A stretch of DNA of 60,484 nt, counting the filler, from Circinaria calcarea (taxonomy: Eukaryota): NCBI GenBank assembly GCA_051942165.1. It is 7 parts of 7 records of this genome, joined end to end, with 100 filler letters (N's around TTAATTAATTAA, not from the genome) between each part and the next. Parts side by side here need not be neighbours in the genome. Positions count along the whole stretch, not along the records: positions 43,303 to 51,855 come from JAVECS010001093.1; positions 51,956 to 60,484 come from JAVECS010001094.1; 5 more parts are not named here. One strand, given 5' to 3'. Positions 48,401 to 58,683 of the stretch are shown piece after piece. The first letter of the stretch is position 1; the number at the start of each line of letters is the position of its first letter. The position numbers and the translations under genes are program-made. The notes under the pieces are model-generated. The model had not been told where the DNA came from, made no database searches, and saw nothing but the letters and a program-made list of their open reading frames with translations.

Positions 48401-49519
48401 TCCCTCCTTCTCTTTCCCCCCTTCCACTCCAACTCCACCAGCTCGTCGTTTTCCTTGCAGCTTGGTAGCTCGATGAGCGAGAGGGTCGTAGTGTTTCAGC
48501 CTCTGCTGTGCACTAGCTGCTGTAAAGCGTGATGATGATAGGAATAGTAATCAAAAGCAACAACCCTATCACGCTGCTGCTGGGCCCAATTCCCATTCCC
48601 ATCCTGGTCTTTTGCAGATCTCCTCGAGCTTGGCGGTCCCCTTCGTGGACCCGATTCCGCCACACCATCTTCTGTTCCGGAAAGATCCCCTTCCTTTCGG
48701 CTGATGCAAGTCTCGAGAAGATCAGTTCCAAGGGAAACTTAATGGCCCTTTAGATTAGGCTGCCCCCAGGGGGGCGCCATGCGTGGGAAGACGGCCCTGC
48801 AGTCTGGGGTCAGGTCGGGGCCTCAGCCAATGACTCGTGCTGCTTACCGTTCGCCCGCAATCAATCCAAGCACTCGTTCCGCCGGCTCTCCCTCCTGCAA
48901 CGGCCACCCCCATCACTTGACTTGCCCGCTATTGATGAGCCCATCTTCCTTTCATTCCCCTTCCCAGTTTCCCCCCCTCCCTTCTTCCGCAAGCGATAGT
49001 CTCCGTTCTCGCCTCTCATTCGTCTGCTAAACTTAACCTACCTGTCAAGCTGTTCGGGCGTCCTTTTCTTACTCCAGTCCGCTTCACCATCACCGTCGGG
49101 ACAAGCTGGCTCCTTGCGGACGATCAACGTCTGACAGTGTCATCGGCCGGCCGGGGCATGATGGAGAGCAGACCTGTGGTGTTAAATCTCCGTCCCCTTT
49201 GAGCCTCTCTCTTTGCATATCATTGCTTCACCAAGCTATCCTTTCTCAAAATACATTCGTCGGCTCTCTCACTTTCCGATCATTGCCACTTGCAGTCGTT
49301 GATATAGAGCGCACCGGTCGCTGCATCTGGTCGAGAAGTACAAGAGAGTCTCTTTGGCATAGCAGGTACGGCAGCGGACGCAAGTTTCCTGATGATATCC
49401 TTCCCCCGACCTCTAGGCATGGGCTGACAATGGCTTTCTTCTTGGCTCATCAGTGGTGGGCCCTTCCGATTATCCTCGAAGAGCCCCAGGAGGTGGGACG
49501 ACATGTTCAAGGCCGGTAT

Positions 49520-51719
49520 ATGCCCTTAGGAAGAATGTCAAGTAATCCCGGAGCCCTGGGCCGAACAGGCGAGAGCGATCCTTCTTCTTCTACAGCAGGT
49601 GTGTTCCAGCAATCTACGCTCCTCGTGGACCTGCACTAGTGAGGGAATAGAGTGGATGACTAACTAACCTTCTGGGTGGGTCTTGTAGCAGCTTCAAGCG
49701 CAGCGTACTACTTCAACCTTCAAGCCCCGACACCACAACAGCGACCTGGAAATGGCCAGCCATTCAACCTTCCGCCTCAGCGTAAGGCTCCTCAAAGTTT
49801 ATCCCAAGGCCAATCAGAGAATGCTCTAAGTATGGGTTCCATGGCAGGAGCGCTGCCTCCGTACCAGCCATCCGGCCCTATCCAGGTTGCGCCACCGAGT
49901 CAGCAGCGATTTCCTCCTAGCGCCTCCGTACATCAGCTCCAGGCTTCATCTCAGTTTGCTGGTCAAACTTTAATTAACAGCCCTGGATACAACCTCGCGT
50001 TCGCCTCTCAATTCGCCAGTCCCTTTTCATCGAGCCACCAGCTTACGACGGAACCCCAACCCTACTCACATCCACAGTCCAACCAGCATGTACAACCGGG
50101 AGGTCCCAGCCCGAGTCACACTTCATACTCTAATCCTTCTTACTTTCCGAATCCCCAGCAGCAACAATTTATGTTCTATCCTACACCCTACGGACACGTC
50201 GGTCAACCGCAGCCACAATTTCAAGGTCGGTCGAGCGCCTCTTCTCCTTACTACCGAAGACTGAGTCAGTCGTATGTACAAGGTTCTCAGCAACAACAGC
50301 AACATCAGCTAGAAATGATGGGTGGTATGAGCGGCAGTTTTCCACCGCAAGCGGCTTTCACACAAGGTCATTTTGCTTATAATCAGGGTGCAGGTGCCCC
50401 GTTCCTGGGTCCAGGCAATGTACCTGGTAAGCCTCGGAAGTCACCCCTTGAGTGATGTCCGCAATCAGCTAATGACTCTGCAATACCCAGCCGTCAGTAG
50501 ACAAAGTTCGGGTTCGAACGCGGGATCGATACCGGCAACCCCCAGGGGCCCACCTCGGAAACCTAAACAGTCGGGGCACGCTTTATGGGTCGGCAATCTC
50601 CCGCCGGGGACTTTGGTCACAGACCTTAAGGATCACTTTGCTCGAGACGCAACCAACGAGATTGAGAGTGTCTTTCTCATCTCCAAGAGTAACTGTGCTT
50701 TTGTCAACTACCGTACCGAAGCAGCTTGTACCGCGGCCATGGCGCGGTTCCACGATTCCCGATTCCAAGGGGTTCGTCTTGTCTGCCGACTGCGTCGCAG
50801 TGCTTCGGCACCAGCGCCAGGCGTCCCGACAGGCCCTGCTGCACTTGCCCCTGCTGCCACACAGGCGCAGTCTGCTACCGAAGCAATTGCACAAAATCGT
50901 GAGATTTCCTCTCAGGCGGAAAAAGCTGCACGCTTGGCCGATGGGAATAGCAAGGTCAACGAGAAGTTTTTCATTGTAAAGAGCCTGACGGTGGAAGATC
51001 TTGAACTGAGCGCAAGGAACGGGATTTGGGCAACTCAAGCGCATAACGAAGCCGCGTTGAACAAGGCGTTTGAGGTGGGTCAGTCTCTACTTTTGGAGTT
51101 TTCGCTAATCTCTGTCAAGACTACCGAGAATGTGTATCTCTTTTTTTCAGCAAACAAATCTGGCGAATATTTCGGTTATGCTCGCATGGCGTCTCCTATC
51201 AACGACGATGCATCGGCAAATTTGGAATGGACCCCGAGGGCAGAAGCGGTTGCGGACGATCCTGACCTCCCTAGGTCAATACCTACCGCAGCTACCGAGT
51301 TCGCACCCAAGGGACGAATTATCGATGACTCTGCGCGGGGGACTATTTTCTGGGAGGCCGATCCCGCAAGTCAGGATCCGCTGGTCACAGAAGAAGATGA
51401 GGATACAAGGAGTGAGAAAAGTGGCGACGATCGGGAAGGGCACGTCTCAGAAAATTCACCAGGTGTCCATGCTTTTGGGAAACCATTCAGAATCGAGTGG
51501 CTCTCTACCAATCGACTTCCATTCTACAGAACAAGAGGTTTGAGGAACCCATGGAACGCCAACAGGGAGGTCAAAATTGCTAGAGACGGTACTGAGTTAG
51601 AGACGAATGTGGGAAGGAGGCTCATGCAGATGTTTCATCGATCTATACCCGTTCCAAGTGCGCCGCAACCGCTGCCTGGTATGCCCCTCATGACATATCC
51701 GCCTGTGCGACCCTACTGA
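49520..51719 (+). CDS. RRM + YTH domain RNA-binding protein (start uncertain)
   Basis: Q/P/S-rich N-terminus; RRM ALWVGNLP...NCAFVNY; YTH KFFIVKSLT..GIWATQ..NVYLFFSANKSGEYFGYARM...NPWNANREVKIARDGTE. Introns at 49599-49688, 50427-50490 and 51075-51119. Confidence 0.9.
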
Positions 51720-51855
51720 GTTCCTTGTTCATACACGACCTATAGGATTTCTGATGTTTTTGAGTTTCAAGCCCGGTTATAGACCTGATACGAATCTTTG
51801 AAAGCTGGTAGCGGCTTAGACGATATCTTGGCCTCTTCTATCACTAATGTTGGGT

Positions 51856-51955
51856 NNNNNNNNNNNNNNNNNNNNNNNNNNNNNNNNNNNNNNNNNNNNT
51901 TAATTAATTAANNNNNNNNNNNNNNNNNNNNNNNNNNNNNNNNNNNNNNNNNNNN
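51856..51955. other. Artificial contig spacer
   Basis: N44-TTAATTAATTAA-N44. Confidence 0.98.
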
Positions 51956-52770
51956 CCAGGGGCGCTGTGGATTTTGCTCTCGTCGTAGCTGTCGAAGAGT
52001 TCTCCGATTGTGAGCTGGCTGCCTACGCTTTTGACTTGCGTTTCGAGGAATTCGAGGTTATAGTAGGTATAACGATCTATCACTGCGACACCAACATCCT
52101 GGTCGGCGTGGTGGCTGTAAGAACTTTGATCGATGGCACTCGAGCCGGTGGCGATAATGTTGGGGGAGTAGAAGCGACTGTACATGGTGTTGGCCTGACA
52201 GGTATCGATCATGAAGAGGATCTCGCGGTAGCGCTTCTTCTCCCACATTTGCTCAAAGGCGTCCGCGAGGTCCCAGGAGCCGATTTCCTCGCTGTCCTGA
52301 AACTTGAGGAACTCGTTACCGCCGTGGCCGGTCATGTAGACGAGGATGTTACTCCCCGCGTCGCTACCTAGTCTCTTCCCCCTGGGCACATCTTCGCCCA
52401 ACCGGTCGGTCAAGAGTCGGATAAAGTTCTCGACCGTGACTTCGTAGCCGCGGTAATCGACCTCGATGTTATCGCCGTAGAGATCGAGGGCGCGGTCGGC
52501 ATTGTTGTAAACGGTGCCGGGGAAGGCGTTGCGCGGGTTGCAGGCCATGTCGTCGGGCAGCATCAGGATGATTTGGGAATCCGGGATACCGAGGCGTTTG
52601 ACAGTGCGGTAGAGGGAGAGGACATTGGCGAGGTGGCGGTAGTTGAACCAGAAGCGGGAGGTGGAGACTAGGACGGCCCAGTTGGAGGTGTGGGTTGAGA
52701 GGGCGTGGGGGAGGAGGCAGAGGAGGAGGAGGAGGAGGAGGAGGAGGGGAAGGAAGAAGGGGATGAACAT
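51956..52770 (-). CDS. GPI8: GPI-anchor transamidase catalytic subunit (3' truncated)
   Basis: HTSNWAVLVSTSRFWFNYRH; catalytic YMTGHGG and IDTCQA; poly-Leu signal peptide encoded by (CTC)n. Confidence 0.96.
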
Positions 52771-53383
52771 GATTGAGGAGACGCTGTTTGGAGAAGTGAT
52801 TGCAGCATCTCGCGAGTACGGCGAGAGTGCTTCAAGGCAAAGCGTTGCTACTGTACTTGGATGCGATGTATCCCGACAGACTCGTACATATGATATGATG
52901 GCGGTGATCTCCTGTCAAGGTACTCGCAGTCAGAGCACTTGTACCAATGTAACTTAGTTCCAACCGGAGAAGAGTGGCAGGAATGATGGCGGACATACAC
53001 CCTGTCGAATAGCGTGCCATATAATACCAGTAAATAGGGCTGGAGGTTAAACGGCTGAACACTCCGTTACTGCTGAAGGATTAGGGATGACTACGTCAGT
53101 CATCTTCCAACCACCTCAGTAGGGCGAAAGTACCCGTCGGTGGCTGTGGCGGCTCGGATACTGTAGACGCCCTTGGAATGGTTGTGATGTCAGAATTGTT
53201 ACATACGGTAACGACAAGACCAAACCTTCGGGGCTGCCAGTCCAAGATGATGGTAATATCTTCATTTCACAACTACCATGTATCCCACTCAAATACCCAA
53301 CACCTCTATGCTATCGGTACCCTACCGTCCTTGCAATTGATTCCGCCCCGTACCGTCTAGATCCACCACTCAGCGTAGACCTA

Positions 53384-55524
53384 ATGTCATCGCACCATCG
53401 CCGTACCTCTAATAGCCTGGGCGATTCACCTCCTGATCAAAGTACCTCGGGGACCAATGATTCCAGCGGCAACGGTTTGAGCGAGAACAAGCGCCGGCGA
53501 GTCCCCAGTTCGGTCACTCCCAACGCTTGTACCAACTGCAAGAAAGCAAAGACCAAGGTTGCTATTCCTTCCGATGCACTTGACTCCGCTATCCTAACAG
53601 TACTCGATGACAGTGTAATGGGCGGAAGCCGGCGTGCGGCCGATGCGTCAGTCGGAATCAGGAGGAGAGCTGCCACTATGAGACCCATGTTATGACCGCC
53701 AAGCAAGACATGGTCCAAAAGATCAAGGACTTGCAACAGAAAAACGACTTCATCGAATCCATTTTCCGAGCTCTGACGTCGGGGGGAATTGGCCCACAGG
53801 TTCTGGATCGCCTGCGGAATGGTGAATCCTATCAGTCAATCGCCGACTCGTTGGGAGAAGCGCCCTTGTCAGACATCCCTTCCCTGTCCCCGAGCAGTGA
53901 GCGGGCCTTGTCGAAGGCTCTCAAAGACTACGATCTCGATGTAGCGAGAGAGCGCGATCCAGACTCGGGGATAATCGAGAGGAAGTACTGGACTAACGTA
54001 ACCTTCGATAAGACCGTCATCGAGCATTTGCTCACCTTATACTTCACATGGGTCCACCCGGTCCATATGCTTTTTAGCAGACCCCATTTCTGGGCAAGCT
54101 TCAAGAACCGGTCCGATGTCTACTGCACGTCGGCGCTGGTCAATGCGCTCTGTGCGATGGGATGCCTCTATCTTGATACCGCTGGAGAATACCAGGGCGC
54201 GCCCCATACCGACCCCGAAGCCTTGCGGGATAAGTTCATGGAGGAGGCCCGCTCTCAAATAAAACCGAGTCAATATCAGAAGACTATTACGGTACAAACT
54301 TTTGCTGTCATGTTTCTGGTCGAGATGAGCTCTGGTCGAGGATCAAAGGCGGGTTCCTATATCAGACTCGCTGCAGAGACACTGAGCAAGAAACCCCCTT
54401 CCGAGTATAACACCGAGGCAATGGAAGTCACCAGATTAGGGGTTTATGCACTCAATGTGTTTGTAACCCCCGTTTCCCCTTTTAGGCGATTGCTGAAAAT
54501 CACAGCGCTTGGGCAGAATTCACCTATTTGATTCCCCCAAAGTCTCAAACGCCGCCGGCCCTAGAGATCCCGATAGCGCTCTATGATGAGGATAGCATCC
54601 CCTGGCAGGCCTATCGATATCTAGGTGGTGAGCCCAAAGACGAGGAGCCGGGTCTCGTCATGACGTGTTCAGCACATTACGCAATGCTCGTTCGTATCAT
54701 TCACGAAACTTGCCACCTCTACTATGACTCTCATAGAGAGAATATCTCAGCTCGAGATATACTGGGGCTGTATGAAAAATACTTGAATTGGAAAGAAGAT
54801 CTGCCGCCGGATATCCGAGATGCTGATGAGGATACGCAGACACTTCCTCATGTCATGACTTTACAGTACATCTTTCCTGACCATAACCAATCAGACATTT
54901 GCTGACCTCTTTAGCATTCAATACCATACCGCTCTCCTCCTCCTTTTCCAGCCACTTTTACAGGTACCTGATTTTCCTTGGCAAACCCGACAACATATAA
55001 AAACACTCGCCATTGGTAATGCCTGGAGTGGAGTTGAACTAGTTAGACGATTTAGGGTTCTCTGGACTTGTCGATATGCACCGCCTTTGCAGTCCTTCTG
55101 CCTCCTGCATCTTTGCGATGCTCTTGTCCGGTACGGCGATTCTACTGAAGCTTCTCTGGAGGTGACAAAATTCTGCATGGAGAATCTTCAAGAGACAGCG
55201 GATGGGAAAGGTGGCTTTTCAGTATGTGGACCACTGCAGAAAGCTTTCTTCCAAAGTGCCAAAGATTGCGGCATGCCGATTACCGAAAATTTCCCGAATC
55301 TAATAAGCACGTCACCACCACTCAGCACAGACAACATACTGGATGCCTGCACCCGCCTGTCGTATACTCAACCCGTCGAGCAGGTAATCGCAAATCTGAA
55401 TCCTGCAATTAAGCAGGATTTCGAGAAGGGCTGGCGAGATCTGATTGAGAACCATGGTTCCCAGGTAGACAAGCCAAGCAGCGGTAAAGAGTACATGCAG
55501 ATAAGCTCCCTTTTGAATGACTGA
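53384..55524 (+). CDS. Zn(II)2Cys6 transcription factor (NirA-like architecture)
   Basis: NACTNCKKAKTK|CNGRKPACGRC..CHY; WTNVT..IEHLLTLYFTWVHP..YCTSALVNALCA. Introns at ~53558-53613, ~54459-54505 and ~54866-54914. Confidence 0.92.
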
Positions 55525-55769
55525 ACAGATACCCCTGTTGGAGGCGTTGCATAAGGTAGGCGTGTCTATGGCTTCAGAAGCAAACAAATTTGTAAGATAG
55601 CCTAGCTCCATAGCCTCCGTCAAGTTTCGACACCTAATAACGTTGAAGCCGAACTTCTTGCACACCGTCTCTCTTTCATGACTTTCCGTACTTAGGTTCC
55701 CTTCGTAACCTTTATCTACTCGCCAACCCATCCTTTGCAACGGCTTCCTAGATACTCACCCGCGTCAAG

Positions 55770-56513
55770 ATGGCTCCACCATCGCTCTCAGACATGCCAT
55801 CGGAAATCATCCTCAGTATCTTCAAGGTTACGGATGATCTCAGCACTGTTACCTCTTTGGCCGGCACCGTACGCATCTTCTACGACATCTGGGGTCAGAA
55901 CACAACCGCCATCACCGATTCCGTTCTCCAGCGTTCTTTCGAGTGCTATGATGACGCGCAGAAATTGATTGAAATTCAAGATGAAGTCAAAGGGGTGAAG
56001 AAGAGTGGACAAGACCATCATGTAGCGATTGAACGGATTAAGCGTTTCCGCTCGAATGCATCAACAGTGGATGCAGTCTTCGACGTATACAACGCTCATG
56101 TGTATTACCTACGTAAACAATATATGAGTCCAGCAGAGGGCATCCGCTTCAAACAAAGCTTCTACCGCCTTTGGGCCTTTACTTGGCTTTTCCATATTCT
56201 CTACACGATGGAGGAAGTATTTTCTGCTTGCGCTGCCACACCTCTGAGAGATCTTTACGCTATCGTCCAAACCGCTTTGTGGCAATTTCGCAGTATCCAA
56301 GCTCTACAACGATCGGGTATTAGCCGCAACTCTGAACCCACGACAGCGCCTGATACTTGGATGATGTTGTCTTGTAGCCTGAATTGGAGGGTTAATGGGT
56401 CCGAATATCTCCCTGTACACTTTCCAGACATCTATCAAGGTGAATACTTGGTTCTGGACGAGTGTCAGGGCTTCCTGGATGAGGTGGAAAGGCAGCATAG
56501 CTCCTCGGCATAG
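55770..56513 (+). CDS. F-box-like hypothetical protein
   Basis: Intronless 247 aa; N-terminal SLSDMPSEIILSIF..DLSTVTSLA..RIFYDIW and an RFKQSFYRLW motif. Confidence 0.7.
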   Translation: MAPPSLSDMPSEIILSIFKVTDDLSTVTSLAGTVRIFYDIWGQNTTAITDSVLQRSFECYDDAQKLIEIQDEVKGVKKSGQDHHVAIERIKRFRSNASTVDAVFDVYNAHVYYLRKQYMSPAEGIRFKQSFYRLWAFTWLFHILYTMEEVFSACAATPLRDLYAIVQTALWQFRSIQALQRSGISRNSEPTTAPDTWMMLSCSLNWRVNGSEYLPVHFPDIYQGEYLVLDECQGFLDEVERQHSSSA

Positions 56514-56939
56514 ATTTGGATGCTCTCTGTTCTCGGAAGTCAGATCCATTTTTCATGATGGTTTGTGTTCATTCGTCTTCTTCGGCATCAGACAAGAAAT
56601 GTAAGCAAGCGGAGCTTTGGAACTTCATTGACCATTGCTGATCGGAAGCTGCAGTTCCTCCATGACGATGCAGGAACTAGGTGGGACAGATGGCTGAAGG
56701 ATAACAATACACGGAGCTTTGGTCACACTAGCAATGGGAAATCAATCACACTCGGCAGATTATTTGGATGCCATACCGAGAACAACTTCTACGTATGTGG
56801 TTCGAAGTCGAAGCTTTGGGTACTGGGGCATCAGATCAAACGATTGGTGTATGATGAACTAGAAAAAGCCAGGCGTACTGTTTTCTTCTACCCCAACTAA
56901 GCGTGTACCTACATAATACTTGCTTTGAAAACTCAATCG

Positions 56940-58400
56940 CTTGGCTTTTTTCTCCCCGCTCCCGCTTTTTCTTACCCGTCTGACTCCGGGATCCTATGTT
57001 TGTCATCTTTCCCTCCTCTTCCCAGTGCCCGCACTTCCTTCTAATTCTAGCTACCCTCCTTGCTCCCGCCCTCACACTAACCCTAGGAAGATTAGATTTC
57101 ATTTAGAGCTTGATGGGACGTTTTTGAAAAATTAGAAAAGAGCGGTCTCTCTGATGGAAAACCCCTTAGAAGGCGCGCTGGATCTAATGCATTGACGTAA
57201 ATTCTTGAGCAGCCTTGAACGTGAGAGCTACACGAATGGAGACGGTTATCCCCTTTACCTAAGGGATAGACTTGAATGTCCATGGGGCTCTTTTATGTAG
57301 GATAACCGTATTTTGGTAGATTGCAACTAGGTCACAGATGACAGATTGTCCCTGGGTTGCGAAACCCAAGGCCCTTTTCTCTTTTTACTGTTAGCGAGAG
57401 GGGAGGGGAGTTGGTCTTCTTTCCCTCACCACTTTTTTTCCCCCCCTTCAACTCCAACTTGAAACCCCCCTTATGAAGCTCAGTCTGGCAACTTTTAAGG
57501 CCCGTACCGTACCTTGCTCCTACGATTTGTAGGTTCTGGATCGAACGGCATGCCCAGTTACACCGGGCATACTGTCCGTTTTTGATGGGGTTGATTCACT
57601 TCCGTCCACTAGGCTGGCTGGTGAAGTCGGTTTATGTAATCTTACGATTACTTTAGGTGATAGCTAGGGGTTCGGTAGGCTGTCTATGTGAAGTCTTTCA
57701 TCCTATCTAGATTACATGTTTTGAGGCTATCGATCTTGCTGGAAGGATTGAAGAAGATCTCAACAAATGTTGTCGGCCAGGGTTACAAGAAACGAAAGTC
57801 GCGCTTTATAGTTTTTTCCCAGAAGGGCCCATGGTTCGAATCTAACATCTTTCTCTCTTCGTGTATTGGGGCCGTGGGTGCTGGCGTTGCGAATGTTGAC
57901 GTTATAAGGAGGTTAAGTTGGGATGGGATTAGCCATAGTACAAATGGTCAGGCTGGACGGGTTTTCGAGCCATGTATTTATATTTTGCACCCATGTGGAA
58001 GGCGTTTGTTATTGTTGTCTCTCCCTATAGGAGCTTAATGGTAATTTAACGATACAAAACTTCGATGATGGTTTACAAATGTATTTTCCTAGCGTACGGG
58101 ATACTGTGGTCGCACGCATAACAAATGCTAGCGCAGGTTTCGACCAACTCCGGTATACTTAGCAAAGGCTGCATAAATTCCTATGAAAAGGAGGTGTAAT
58201 ATGGAGGGCATCTTCCGGTGTATATTCTATCTTTCTGTATACAATCAACTGTCATCTGGGCCTTCTATAATTATTGCAAGAGAACCACGCTTACATCTGT
58301 TGTGCCTGCGTGCAAACCATCCGTGAGTGGTTAGATATTTCCCCGAGGAGTTAGGGCGCACACTAAGATCTGGATCGAGATCTTAACATGATAAGCTAGT
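56940..58400 (+). ncRNA. Candidate structured non-coding RNA (possible telomerase RNA); boundaries approximate
   Basis: No credible ORF; many local stems, nested long-range helices, and CTAACCCTA at 57077-57085 (see findings). Confidence 0.35.
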
Positions 58401-58683
58401 GCTGAAGTAGCCTAGCCTCCGCCATGTCACATCTCTCGAATAAAGAGGATTGGTCCACCAAAATACGTCATGACCTCATCGACACTCTTTGGGCAGTTGA
58501 TGGCGTGCAAGATGGCATCACCATCATGGCGTGGATGCAAGGCGTCGCGTGCCTTTGACATCTATAACGCGGATAACCCCTGATAGATATTTGATCTCCC
58601 GGTGAAAAGACATTATGAGCGACTCTCAACCTCTCTTGAAAAGTCGGCAAAAATCACAGACATCCGTTCGAACGCGGTCAAAG

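Noticed and set aside
25892..51955. Apparent cytokinesis cluster (F-BAR protein, fimbrin, GCK kinase)
   Set aside because: The genes sit on different contigs joined artificially by size order.
56565..56900. 111-aa ORF after the F-box-like gene
   Set aside because: Non-ATG start and no recognisable motif; not supportable as a gene.
57153..57292. GAAAACCCC...ATGGGGCTC resembling RNase MRP P4 strands
   Set aside because: The 5' strand lacks the AGU needed to pair and the spacing is too short for MRP RNA.
58175..58330. AAATTCCTA and AAACCAT resembling snR30/U17 m1 and m2 motifs
   Set aside because: m1 is imperfect, the two motifs are not opposed in one hairpin, and no ACA box follows m2 at the expected distance.
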